DNA from: Narcine bancroftii | Taxonomy: Eukaryota | DNA length: 64,000 bases | Direction: 5' to 3' | Assembly (NCBI RefSeq): GCF_036971445.1 | Contig: NC_091480.1 | Location: 13,392,001 to 13,456,000 of the forward strand | Part shown: positions 22,417 to 34,591 of the stretch, piece by piece | Position numbering within the stretch: position 1 is the stretch's first letter | How the letters are laid out: the number at the start of each line of letters is the position of its first letter | The notes under the pieces: model-generated | What the model saw: only the letters and a program-made list of their open reading frames with translations | Database searches by the model: none | What the model was told of the DNA's origin: nothing | Program-made: the position numbers and the translations under genes

Positions 22417-22989
22417 TCAGGCCCACTCTGGGGAAAAAAAAATCCAAATTTATTTTGTTACAATTCCTTTTTTTTTCACCCGAGTCAATGATTAAAACAG
22501 AATGTCTCTGACATTAAAAAAAATCCCAAAGGACTCTTTAAAATTTATAATGATTCTAATTTTTCGAGATACAGAATGATAACAGGCCCTTTCTCTCCAT
22601 GAGCCACCCACCCACCCCCCCCCCCACCCAAATCAATTAACCTGCAAACCCCATATTTTTTTGGAGGGTGGGAATAAACTGGAGCACCCAGAGGAATCCC
22701 ACATGGTCAAGAGGAGAATTTACAAACTCTTACAGACGGTGCCAGATTCAAACCCAGATCACTGACACGGTAAATAGCATTGAGCAAACCCAATAACTTT
22801 TGAACTGAACATGCATCAGATTCTTAGTCTTTTACCTTTTAAAAAAAAAAAGAACCTTTTTACATCATCTATTTTTCTCTTCTCAGGTGTCTTAAAAGAT
22901 TCATGTGCATTAGAACTCAACCGAAATTCAGCACTCTTGCTGGCAAGTCAGTGACAAGGATTCTTCTCTTGCCTTGTGGTCAATTGAAT

Positions 22990-23375
22990 GTGACCACATA
23001 CAAGACGGCTACGACTGGATTTGCCCACAAAATTGGAAAGAATCTCTCTTGTCTCTATTTACGACATTCACCGGGAGCATTGCTTAAATACGGCTCAAAG
23101 AAATATTGAGGATCCTTTCCATCCAAAGCACAATATCTTTGTCTTACTGCCATCAGGAAGGAGATACAGGAGCATCAAAATCAGGACTGCCATGCTGGGA
23201 AATAGCTTCTTCCCGTAGGCTGTGAGAACGATGAATCCTGTAACTGAGTAAATTATTCCAAAATATTTGTATATATTTACTTTATATCCTGATGTATATA
23301 TGTGATTATTATGTGCTGTGTACTGTGTGTATGCCGTGGTCCAGAGAAACACTGTTTCATCTTGAACTTGATTTA
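22990..23375 (+). mobile_element. Rex1/Babar-type LINE 3' fragment
   Basis: IEDPFHPKHNIFVLLPSGRRYRSIKIRTAMLGNSFFP. Confidence 0.75.
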
Positions 23376-23544
23376 TCAACAGGGAAGGGGTATCTTTTGG
23401 AGCAAAGGCCTGTCAATGCTGGAAATTCCAAGAAAAACACAGAAAATGCTGGAAGTGCTCAGCAGACTGAGAAGCATCAATAAGAGCTGAAATTTCAGAT
23501 CAAGGACTCTTTTCCAGAAATGGAAAATGAGTACAGGTTAAAGA

Positions 23545-24700
23545 GAGATGCGAGGCCTGTGACCTGTGGTGTGCCTCAGGGATCAGTGCTGGGACCATTG
23601 TTGTTTGTCATCTAAATCAATGATTTGGATGATAATGTGGTAAATTGGATCAGCGTGTTTGTAGATGACACAAAGATTAGAGGCATTGTGGAGAGCGAGG
23701 AAGGCTTTCAAAGCTTGCAAAGGAATCTGGACCAGCTAGGAAAATGGGCTGAGAAATGGAAGATGGAATTTAATGCAGACAAGTGTGAGGTGTTGCATTT
23801 TTGAAAGACAAATCAAGGTAGGGCATACATAGTAAATTGTAGGGGACTGAGGAGTGTGGCAGTACAGAAAGATCTGGGAATACAGATACATAATTCCCTG
23901 AAAGTAGCATCACAGGATAGGGTTATAAAGAGATTTTTTTTAATATTGGTCTTCATGTTAAGGTGAAGTTGTATAAGACATTGGTGAGGCCAAATTTGGA
24001 GTATTATATGCAGTTTTGGACACCCAACAACAGAAAAGATATAAAATTGAATAAGTCCAGAAAAGATTTATTAGGATATTACTGGGACTTCAGGAACTGA
24101 GTTACAGGGAAAGATGAAACAGGTTAGGACTTTATTCCCCAGAGCATAGAAGAATGAGGGGAGATTTGATAGAGTTATACAAAATGATGAGAGATATAGA
24201 CAAAGTAAATATGAATGGCTTTTTCCACTAAGGTTAGATGAGATATAAACTAGGGGACATGGTTTAAGGGTGAAGGGGGAAAGGTTTATGGAAACATATG
24301 GGGGAATAGAGAGTGGTGGGTGTGTGGAACGAGCTGCAGCTAAAGTGGTGAATGTCGAATCCTGAGTTCAAATAAAGTAAACACTCTGAGGTGGAGTTCA
24401 AATATGTTCAGTCTTTATTATCTCTTACTCCCACTCGTGATTCTGTTCAACACGACTCCCTCATGGTTCTCTGCAACATGCCAGCCATTACAATCGATAA
24501 CCAAACTATTATTTATCACGACTGCACTACAGTGAATGCGGCCTCAATTTTAACATTAAATAAAAATTTGGACAGGTAGATGGTTGGGAGGCGTATGAAG
24601 GACTATGGACTGGGTGCAGGTCAGTGGGACTGGACAGAGAAATGGGTCGGCATATAGAAGGTCTGAAAGGCCTGTTTTCTGTGCTGACAGGTTCTATGAA
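23545..24700 (+). mobile_element. CR1 LINE 3' part (RT to tail), interrupted by a solo LTR
   Basis: GVPQGSVLGPLLF...MEFNADKCEVLHF remnants. Confidence 0.85.
24353..24531. mobile_element. Short solo LTR (179 bp) inserted in CR1
   Basis: TGT...ACA termini, exact TSD GTGAA (24348-24352 and 24532-24536); CR1 sequence resumes after it. Confidence 0.8.
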
Positions 24701-26249
24701 GGTATCCCTCAAGCTGAGCCTGATGTCCTCATGTCCTCAGAAACTTGCAAATCTCAATACAACTCTGGAAAATCCATCAGAAATCTTCAAAATCAGGTTA
24801 AAGTTTAAATAAATCTGAATTAATCACCACAAAAAAAATAATAAAAATAAATTGAACAAACTATTTAAAACATGCAAATTGTGTTTCTCACTGCCACTCC
24901 TTTTGTCATTCTCATAGTTCCCCATTCCTGTTGCAGGATTCACAAGTTTCTTTGACATAAGTAGCAGTTAATTAGCCTCAAGCAGACATTATCTTGTTGG
25001 TTTCTATGTCAAATATAATATTGGTTAGATCCTAATGATGGTAAAGTCCTCTGATTGCAACTGCAAAGTCCAAGCCAAAGAGAGAAACTATAAACCCCAA
25101 CCAAAACCCACCAGCAACAACTAGCAAATGACTCATAGATTAAAAGCAAAAAAAGACCTTTTGCTCTATATTGTACTTTATTTTGGTTATACTTTTTCTA
25201 TCATGCTCTTAATTTTAGTTCAAAATTTCCTGGCACATTTTAAGTCCAAACATCATTCACTATAAAAATATGCAATATCAGATGCTAAGTTTAATTTTTA
25301 AAAGTGTTGGTGGTACTTCTAATATTTAATATCAACTTGTGGAATAAGAGTTATTACGAGCATTCAGTTTGACCAAAGGTCGTAAAATAAATTGTAGGGA
25401 AATTATTCCTTTGACATTAATCATTTAAAATATTTAAATAATTAAATTCCAGACCATCATACAACTCTTATCTTGTCCACTATGTTCTCAGTAGCCACAA
25501 CATATCCGCAGCGCATTGGGGTTAATGGACCAAGGACTATAATTGAATCATGAACTGCAAACAGTTATTTTGGTAAGAATTGTGATCCAACTGCACCACT
25601 GGAGGCAAAATAATCCATTTTTCCAATTAGAATTTGTTAACCTTTGCCCACCCCTCTCCCAGTTAAACAAGAATGTCTGCCGATGTTGGGATCAAGTGCA
25701 CTGCACAAGCACGCAGTATCCTCCGTAACCAATGTTTCAGCCCTCAGCCCTTGGATAGGTCAGAAGAATGGCCCAGGCCCAAAACGTAAGTTACCCTTTA
25801 CTTTCTGCATGACCGACAGAGCTTCTCCAGCACATTTGTGTATTTCCCCCACTCTCCCAGTTGGGGCCTCCTGACTTGATTACTCCAACCCCATCCTTCA
25901 TTCTCGATAAACAGAGTTGTCAAAATCATAAGGGAAGATATAGGAACAGAAGTAGACCATTCGGCCCATTGAGTGTGCTCCACCATTTACCTAAAAACAC
26001 CACTGCTACTAACCTAAATCAAGTCTGACCTCACTCACACCTGATTGAGCAAGACGTTGACTGCACAATTCCCTTTGTGTTCTCATAGCCATGACTCCAC
26101 CTCCCTTAATGATCTCATCTCCTCCAGCCCCAGGACCGTCCCAAGTTAATGTATTCTTTCATCTTGCATATCCTTAGCTTTAATCACTTCCTTGCCGACA
26201 GTCATTCTTTCAGATGCATCCCTCAGGTCTAAAATTTCTTCTCTGAACT

Positions 26250-26840
26250 TTTAAAGGACCACCGGAGAAGAGAGTGGGTTCACCGAGATCGCGGTCACTT
26301 GCCTGACACCTCACTTCAGGCTGAATGGGTTTCGCGCAACATCACTGAGTTGGATCGCAAACGAAGTCTCCAAACAGAAGAAACACCATGAAGCCCTTTA
26401 ACGGGGCTAACGAAGGGAATTGGAAGAGGCGAACTCCCTGGACAGGGGGTTAAAACGAATGATCCTCATTTCTTTGCCCGGACCAGGGGGCATCCAGGAA
26501 TTTGGTGGCCAGGAGGAGGTGGACCGTCCCTGCTGATGTTGTGTGATGTCAGCGTCTTCTGGCTTGTGGGCATCGGAAGCACAGTTCTCTCCGAGGACAG
26601 GGGAGACGTGCCAGACCAGACGCGGCAGTGCCCAGGGACCGAGAAACTCCGAGCCGCTGGGTTCTCTGGTCGTTGACACCGAAAAACTTTGAAGGATTGT
26701 CAGCGATGTGGAGACTTCACTGGGAAGGAAGCGATCCGCACCGTCACTCAAACGGGAACAAAGAACAAGTCACAATAGGTTAACTGAGGCTAATACAGCA
26801 TTGAACACCGGGCAGTGAGCGGGACGGTTCAGACCAGAAC
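26250..26840 (-). promoter_or_regulatory. CpG-enriched unique segment, candidate promoter / non-coding first exon of the NAGA-like gene
   Basis: Local CpG enrichment ~4 kb upstream of the ATG exon, which has a splice acceptor and so needs an upstream exon. Minus-strand donor candidates GAA|GTGAGG (~26316) and CAG|GCAAGT (~26302). Confidence 0.35.
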
Positions 26841-27425
26841 CGCTGGTGAACGAAGATTTTGCTTCCTTAACACTTCGGGGTGGATTTTTCTGCTGCAGAT
26901 CACAAAAATCACTTGAAAATGTTTCCTGTCTCTTACCTTTTTGTAAGATATAACCCTTTTTTTGTGTGTGATTTCCTGTCATACTTTGAACATGCTTCAA
27001 GCAGACAAAACCATGAAGTGCAAAAAACATCTCAATGAAAATTCATTTTCTGCATTCTTGGTGCAGTCAACGAGGAAAGTGGTGTTAAAGGTTCCACGGG
27101 GACATTGTGACCATTGAGAAGCATCAGGGCAACTGGAATCCATCAAATGCTGGACGATGTTTGGAAACTGACAAGAGAGGCATCAGATGCTGAGTACAAA
27201 CGAAAATCAGCAGCAAAACCATTTTTAGGTCAGTTGCACAGGTAATGTGGCAGCATCATTAAGTGATTAAACATACTAAATTCAATACAAGTTAATTTAA
27301 TGTTTCTCTAAAGTCCAACTTCTGACATGATACAGCAAATCTGAAGTTATCTTGAAGTTAACTGTCATAATCCCGAATTTTTTTCAGGAAGCAAAACCTT
27401 TTGGAAAAAAAATTGTTGTCCAGCA
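26841..27425 (+). mobile_element. Non-autonomous Chapaev3-like DNA transposon (opposite orientation)
   Basis: Degenerate TIRs CGCTGGTGAACGAAG...TTGTTGTCCAGCA; reverse complement of the other copies. Confidence 0.65.
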
Positions 27426-28469
27426 TAATAGATACATCAGGTTGAGGTTGGCACAAGTATATGCCCTTCTGAATGGTTTTGCTTTACAGTGTGATATACA
27501 TTTGCCATAATTTCATGAATAGGTAACATTATTTCTTAAATGATTGAGATGTGGACTCATGCCAAATTAAACTAATTCTCTCCTGTGTGCACATGATGCA
27601 CATCCTTATATCCCCTGCAGACATGTACCCACATGGTTTATTTTGTTTTGAAATAAATGAAAAAGTTGGTCTCTGCTAACTCATGGTTGAATCCAATGGG
27701 GGAATCAAGTATGTTGTGGTTATTTGGAACCCAGGAGGCTGAAAGGATGAGAAGAATGTGTTGATGGGTTGAGATGGAATGAGTAGTGTCAGCATTAACA
27801 AAGACATGGCTTTTTCAGTGCAGTCAGTGTTTGCAATGTTAATTCCAACTGTACCAGATTTCAGTTAAACAAAAAAGTCTGCAGATGCTGGGGTCGAGTG
27901 CAGAACACAAACACACAGGAGAAACTCAGCAGATCACACAGCATCCGTAGGAATTAAAAGGTAACCAGTGTTTCAAGTTTGGGACCTTCGTCAGGTATAA
28001 ATAAAAACAAGCAGGGTATTTACTTCATATGGATGCTGAGTTTCTCCAGTGCATTTGCATATTCTACCAGAGTTAAATGGTTGTTTCTCGTGATCTTTCC
28101 TTGGGTCATATTTTGGATAGCGCTAAAGTCGATCAGGCAAAGTTTCATGTCAGCCTTTGTAATGGCATTTTCAGCAGTTTGGAGATTGTCAATCTGTAAA
28201 TGATGGATTCCTTTAAGATACCAAAGCAATTATAAAAAATATTGAGTTGTCAGGTGGGGCTCTCCATTTAAAGTCAGGCTTCCATGTTGACAAAATATTA
28301 ACTTTCATTAGCATTTGGCTCTGAATCAGTCAGTCATGGGTTCAAGAATTTAAGTAATACAGAGGTGTGCTGACTGTGGAATGCTTTAGATTGGTCATTA
28401 AATCAGCGCACATTCTTTACATAATTGAGTTCATACAATGCAATGGCTGTATATGAGGAATGGTGGAAT

Positions 28470-29430
28470 TAGAACCATAGAACATTACCACATAAAACAA
28501 CCCTTCAGCCCTTCTAGTCTGTGCTGAACTCTTTTTTTGTCACTGACCTGCACCCAGTCCACAGCCCCCCATACCTCTCCCATCCATGTACCTGTCCAAA
28601 TTCTTCTTAAAAATGTTAAAATTGAGCTCACATTCACCTCTTCAGCTGCCAGCTCATTCTACACTCCCACCACTCTCTGCATGATCCCCCTAATGTTCAC
28701 CCTAAAACTTTTCACTTTCACCCTAAACTGCTGAACCTTTCCTGTAACAGAGTTCCTGAAATATTTAATGTTAAAATTGAGCCACTTTTGCTGGCAGCTC
28801 ATTCCACACTCCCACTACTCTTTGTGTGATGAAGTTCCCCCTTAACCTTTATCCTCTGGGCTGTATCTAACTGTAGTGGAAAAAGGCTAGTTGCTTTGTC
28901 TATGCCCCTCATAATTTTGAATACCTCTATCAAATCCACCCCCCCCCCCTCACTCCAGGGAATAAAAGTCCTAACCTGTTTAACCTTTTCCTGTAACTCA
29001 GTTCCTGAAGTCCAGGCAACATCCAAGGAAATCTTCTCTGCACTCTTTCAATCTTATTGATATCTTTCCTGCAGTTAAGTAACCAAAACTGCACACAATA
29101 TTCTAAATTTGGCTTCACCAATGTCTTATAAGACTTTACTATAACATCCCAATTTCTATGGAGTATAAAATACCTTGATTTATGAAGGCCAATATACTAA
29201 AAGCTCCCATTACAGCCCTATCTACTGTGAAGCCACTTTCAGGAAACTATGTATCCGTATTCCCAGATCCTTCTGTTTTACCACACTCCTCAGTGCCCTA
29301 CCATTTACCATGTACGTCCTTCCTTGGTTTTCCCTTCCAAAATGCAACACCTCACACTTGTCTGCATTAAATTCCATCTGCCATTTTTCAGCCCATTTTT
29401 CCAGCTGGTCCACATCCCTCTGCAAGTTTT
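28470..29430 (-). mobile_element. CR1 LINE 3' part
   Basis: LEKWAEKWQMEFNADKCEVLHFG; VKPNLEYCVQFW. Confidence 0.85.
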
Positions 29431-29874
29431 GAAAAATTTCCAGTGTTTTGCCTAATATTTTCAACCAACACAAAATGGATTAGATGGTTAACACTTTGCA
29501 TGTGAATTTCCAGAGTGCAAAACCTGTAGCTGCATTTGCCTACATAACAACGGTGCCACAAACCAATATGAGATATTTTGTGGACATGTTGCATAAAGGC
29601 ACGTTCTTTCGGAACTGAGATGCAGTATGAGGACTCCGAATTTTATTCTTCTCAGAATACATTGCAGCTTTGAATAAGATTGTCAGTAGTTAGTGGGTTG
29701 TGCCTGTGGTTCCCAACATTTTGATATTGTTTTGTATCTGAAAGAAATTGCTTGAGTATATGGTCTTAGAAATTGGCATGAGCGTGGGCACCATAAAGAG
29801 TCAGATATTTTGGATATTGTCCTCTGAAAGAGATCTCCTAAATGATCTGTGAAACGCACTGTAATTCTTGCTTC

Positions 29875-30200
29875 TACCATCAGGAAAGGGGTTTAAGTGC
29901 CACAAGCCTCACACCACCAGGTTCAGAAACAGCTGCTACCCCTCCAACATCAGACAAACTCAATCCGAGACTCATTTAAGGAGTCCTATTTTTGCACTTT
30001 ATTGATTTTTTTCTCTTTGTATTGCACAGTCAGTTTGTTGATATTTCTTTATTTGTTTACATGTATACTTCTTGAGTACAGTTTTTTTTTACACTGCCAA
30101 TAAATGCTAATTCTGCCTAGCTCATAGGAAAAACAGTCTCAGAGTTGTATGTGCTCATACACATATATATACTCTGACAATAAACCTGAATTTTGAACTT
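29875..30200 (+). mobile_element. Rex1/Babar-type LINE 3' end
   Basis: Closely similar to 36950-37275; ends ACTCTGACAATAAA. Confidence 0.7.
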
Positions 30201-30517
30201 TTAACTGAATATGACCTGTACTGAGCTACTTACTTCCCTTTGGAAGTCAAATTTCATTGCTAGGCTTACTGTAAAAAGAACATTTTTTTTCTGTGTTAGT
30301 GTGGATTAAGAGAAAATGGAAAACATTATAGGGACTGGACTAATTGATTAGTTATCTGCTTTTTTTTTTACTGCTGTGTAGTATCCACTGTGTTAACAAG
30401 AATAACTTTACAAACGTATCGTCTGATTCAAGGTGCTGGAAAATCTCCCGCAACAAGGCTAAAATTTAAGGATTTTTATAGTCTTCAAACCACCTTGGGA
30501 ATTTGTGAAATAAAGTA

Positions 30518-31059
30518 CAGGTTGAATACCCCTTAACTGAAAATCCAAAATCTGAAATGCTCCTCAAGTGTAAAATTCCACGCATGATCTCACTTGCCCA
30601 TGTGGGGCTCTGACACTTCTTTAGCACCAGTTTGTTACCAACCATCGTTAACGCCAGACCTACGTTGCATTACTCACTGTGTTTTTTGCCATCCTGCAGA
30701 ATTTCTAGTATTTGGCGCTGCATTTATCTTCTTTTGTAAGTAGAGATAGAGTTTTTATTTTTTAGTAAGTACAAAACATTTATTTTCATGTGAAATCTGA
30801 AATTCCGCTCCACCTAAAATGCCATGTTTCAATGTAACGTGACCAGCAACATTAAGGTGTTGCAAAAATAAAATACAGTGTACTGTAACCTTTTGATCAA
30901 AACGCAGCATCGTAAATGGAGTCTGAAAACCTGCCATTGTTTGCTGCTGTTGTTTAACAGCTGACACAAGGATTCTGCTGATGTTACCCTAAACACATTA
31001 TTCAAAAAATCTGAAACACTTTTGGTCCCATGCATTTCAGATAAGGTGTACTTGACCTG
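30518..31059. mobile_element. Tigger/pogo-like (Tc1-mariner) non-autonomous element
   Basis: TA-CAGGTTGAATACCCCTTA...TAAGGTGTACTTGACCTG TIRs. Confidence 0.65.
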
Positions 31060-31124
31060 TGCTCCTTTTAAATCCAGATGTAAGATATTTGTCGGTGCCT
31101 GTGCTACATAATTGTTTAGGAAAA

Positions 31125-31545
31125 GGAGGTGTAAGGTGCTACAGGTCACCCTTGGGCAAGGTGTAGTACCTATTTAGCCTCCTAATCAGGGTCATGTGAA
31201 GCCATGGATTGCAGTAATGGATGATTTTTACAACCAGATTCTACAAATTTTAATTTAAGGTTGTAAAACTAAAAATACTGGCCAGATGAATCTGCTGATC
31301 AATGGCCAGGGTTCTCCATCCAGTATGGACATTGCAACTGAAGAAGGCAACAGGGAACCACTTCAGTATTTTTTCCTTGTATAATCATGAACTCAACATT
31401 ACGATTATGTTCTCACCTCAAAGATGGAGCCCTCACCAAAGGAGGACAGGGGAGGCAACAACTAAAATTCGGAGGATCAGAGAACATGACAGAAGGAGAG
31501 ACATGATTGCCCATGCCGAACGGCAAAGCACCTGAATGAATGATG
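31125..31545 (+). mobile_element. RTE-related SINE
   Basis: GAAGAAGGCAACAGGGAACCACTTCAGTATT motif resembling Bov-A/Sauria-SINE RTE-derived cores; (TGAA)n tail. Confidence 0.45.
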
Positions 31546-31929
31546 TAAGATATTTAGATACTTTAAATCGGATAACTGGAGAACATGCTTTACACTCAGC
31601 AGGTCAGACAGTATCTGTGGATCGAGAAACTGAGTTAATGTTTCAGGTAGATCATCTTTCTTCTCCATTGATGCTGCCTGACCTCCTGAATATATTTGCC
31701 ATTTTGATTTTATTTCACACAAATGCTTTATTAATTCTCATTCATAAATATAAAATTCACTCTAAATGTAAACATTAAATTAACATTGGGAGAATGCTCA
31801 AATCATAACATTATATACCGTCCTTTTTTTTTAAATCATATCGTAGTTCTTTTAAAAAAAACCTCAGTTGAGAGAGGAACAGTTAAAGCATCATAACCCT
31901 GACCTTCATCAGTAGTACTACAGTTCTGA

Positions 31930-32410
31930 ACTCCTACTTGATGAAGGATATACTGGCCTTGGAGGCAGTGTAGAGGAGGCACACTAGATATATTCTAGAG
32001 ATGAGGGGGTTATCCTACTAGGAGTGGTTGAAACATCTGAGATTCAGAAGAATGAGAGGGGATCTTATCAAAAAGTATAAAATTATAAAAGGCGTAGATA
32101 AGATAGAGGTAGGTAAGTTTTTTCCCCGCTGGTCTGGAAGATTTAGGGTAGTAGATTTAGGATGGAGGTGAGGAGGAACTGCTTCTTCCAGAGAGTGGTG
32201 AATCAGTGGAATTCTCTACCCATGGATGCAGTGGAGATGCCTCAGTAACTATATTTAAGACAAGATTGGATAGATGTTTCAAGAGTAGGGGAATTAATGG
32301 ATATGGGGAAAGGCAGGTAGGTGGAGATGAGCCTATTATCAGATCAGCCATGATCTCAATAAATGGAGGAGCAGGATCGATGGGCTGGATGGCCGCTCGC
32401 ATTTCTCATG
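31930..32410 (+). mobile_element. CR1 LINE 3' fragment
   Basis: RRMRGDLIK...FQRVVNQWNSLP...FKTRLDR remnants. Confidence 0.7.
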
Positions 32411-32749
32411 CTCCATCAGCATAGACATGACAAGTAGAAGTCGTAAGATGAAGGGAAATATCTCGAGCAAACTCAAGGCCTCCCACTGTATTGCACCAGC
32501 CATGTTCGCTTTCTTTGGGATACCTTGAACCTAAAGATGTGTTTCCAACTCAGCCACAATCACCAAACTGTTTCTGATTTTCTAGCATTCATGTATTACC
32601 CGTGGGGTTGGATCAGAATTTTTGTGGCGCTTTGATGCTCCAGTTGAGAACTGCTCAGCATTTCATTTTGCAAAGTTGTTTCCCAAACTTAGGAATTTGT
32701 CATTCACATTGAATTACAAAACATTTAAGCTTCTAATAACAACGGATTC

Positions 32750-33650
32750 CCATTCCGAATCCGATTCTATCTGCACTGGTGCTTGAGATTGGCGAACGAA
32801 AAAGAAGATGAAGCATTCCTTGTTTCTCTCACACCTTTAGCCCCCGAAGTATTTGGGTTTTTGTTTACGAAGTGCCGGCATCTTCACCCTGGAAACAAAT
32901 CGCGAATTCTGTGCAAATCTTTTGGAATATCGCAACTCCCAAATCGTTTCAAGAAGTTTTCCAATGGTGAGTGGTCAGATGTCCTTTTGGAACTGACACG
33001 CCCTTAAAACGAGAGCAAAAGGATTGCCCCGCATTCACCGAAGCTTGAAAACGACTGAGTGAAGGTGTCAACGCAACTTCAGCAACGAAGAAGCGGCACC
33101 TGCCACCGGCATTTACTGGCACTGGGTCCCTTGCCTTTTAATGGTCAATATTGCCCCTCTTCAACATCCATTGGCTGTGTGCGGGGGATGCATCGTCCAA
33201 TGAGATATTCAGAAGTGGAATAGTGTGCACGCCCTTTGCACATTGCGGATTATCGGACGTCTGCAAGGCAACTGCGGATAAGGGGAAAGGCATCGGGGGG
33301 GGGGGGGGGGGGTTGAAAGTGTCTGCTTTTTTGTTGTTGTTGTTGGCATTTTACAGCTGATTTAAGCAGAGCTTGGGTTTGAGAAACTTTTGGGCCACGG
33401 TTTTGCTCGTTTGGCACAACTTTATCAGCCAAAAACAATCGGGTGCATCAGGACCCGTCCGCAGGGCAAATGCAACTTTCAAGTTGCCATCTTCCACTGC
33501 TGGGCTACAGGGGCAAGGGGGGGGCGGGGGGGGCTGCTTCCCCGTCAAAGTGCAAGGACTGAGCCAAAGCAGCGGCCGGCTGCCTCCCATCGGCGCAAGA
33601 GGACGCCGCCCACCGCCGCAAGCTGAACTTCAACGAGGATGAGACGGAGG
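32750..33650. promoter_or_regulatory. CpG-enriched region, probable promoter of the Myb/SANT-like locus
   Basis: Raised CpG/GC content and G-runs immediately upstream of and overlapping exon 1. Confidence 0.5.
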
Positions 33651-34591
33651 TCCTGATCTGTGAACTGACTCTGATCCAGGAGCAGCTCTTTGGCCGAGGA
33701 GACACCAAAATCCCGGCAAGAGCCAAAAACAAGATCTGGCATTCCATACTGGCCAAGGTTAATGCTGTGTCCAAGTGCACCAGGGACATAGGTGACATTA
33801 AGAAGAGATGGTATTACATGTGCCACCGGTCTACGGTCTAAGGCTAAAGTAATCAGGTTGACGCAGGAGGCAATGCAGAGCGAGAACATTATCCAAACCC
33901 TGCACCAGGAGGCTGCCAATCAGAAGGTCACGAGCTATGATGCTTCAGGGCCCAGAAGCTGCAATAACAGAGGGCAACAGGCAAGCCATGGGCTACCACA
34001 CGAAGAAGTCCATGCCACCCAGCGAGGTGAGGGGGCAAGCCAAGAAGGTGCCAGAGCAGATGTTGCCACATCACCCAGTCCAGTGGCCATCCATCCTGCT
34101 TTTCACAGTGGGGCCGAATGCTACAGAGGGAGCCAAACAGGAGTCTCGAGGCCATCAAGCTAATGTAGACTTTCGTGATGAGTTGCTTCTCGACAGTCCC
34201 TTGGTCAACAACTCATGCCACCAAAGTTCCCCATTTAAATGACCAGTGAATCAACCTGCTTGGTGTAAACCCAAATGAGGAACAATGAAAATCAGTCTGA
34301 GGGTCTGAAGGACGGGTGCTGTGTGGGTAGTTAATGAGAAGATTGTTACCCATTGTGATGTCAGAGACTTATCCCAATTTGTCCTGTCCCTCTTTGGTCC
34401 TTCTGTTTTGAGAGTTTTGAAATAATTTTCACCAGCTCTCTATATTCTATACCCTGTTTATTAGAAAAGGTAATCTCTTGACCTGTAGTCTTATTGTCAC
34501 TTCCCACGGGCAGTGAGAATGTTGAACGACCAAAGGAACTGCTCGCACTAACCATCCAAGACTCTCATATTCCTGAAACAATATTTATTTA

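Noticed and set aside
26407-26751. 114-aa minus-strand ORF
   Set aside because: Non-ATG start and no recognisable motif; treated only as part of a candidate UTR or promoter.
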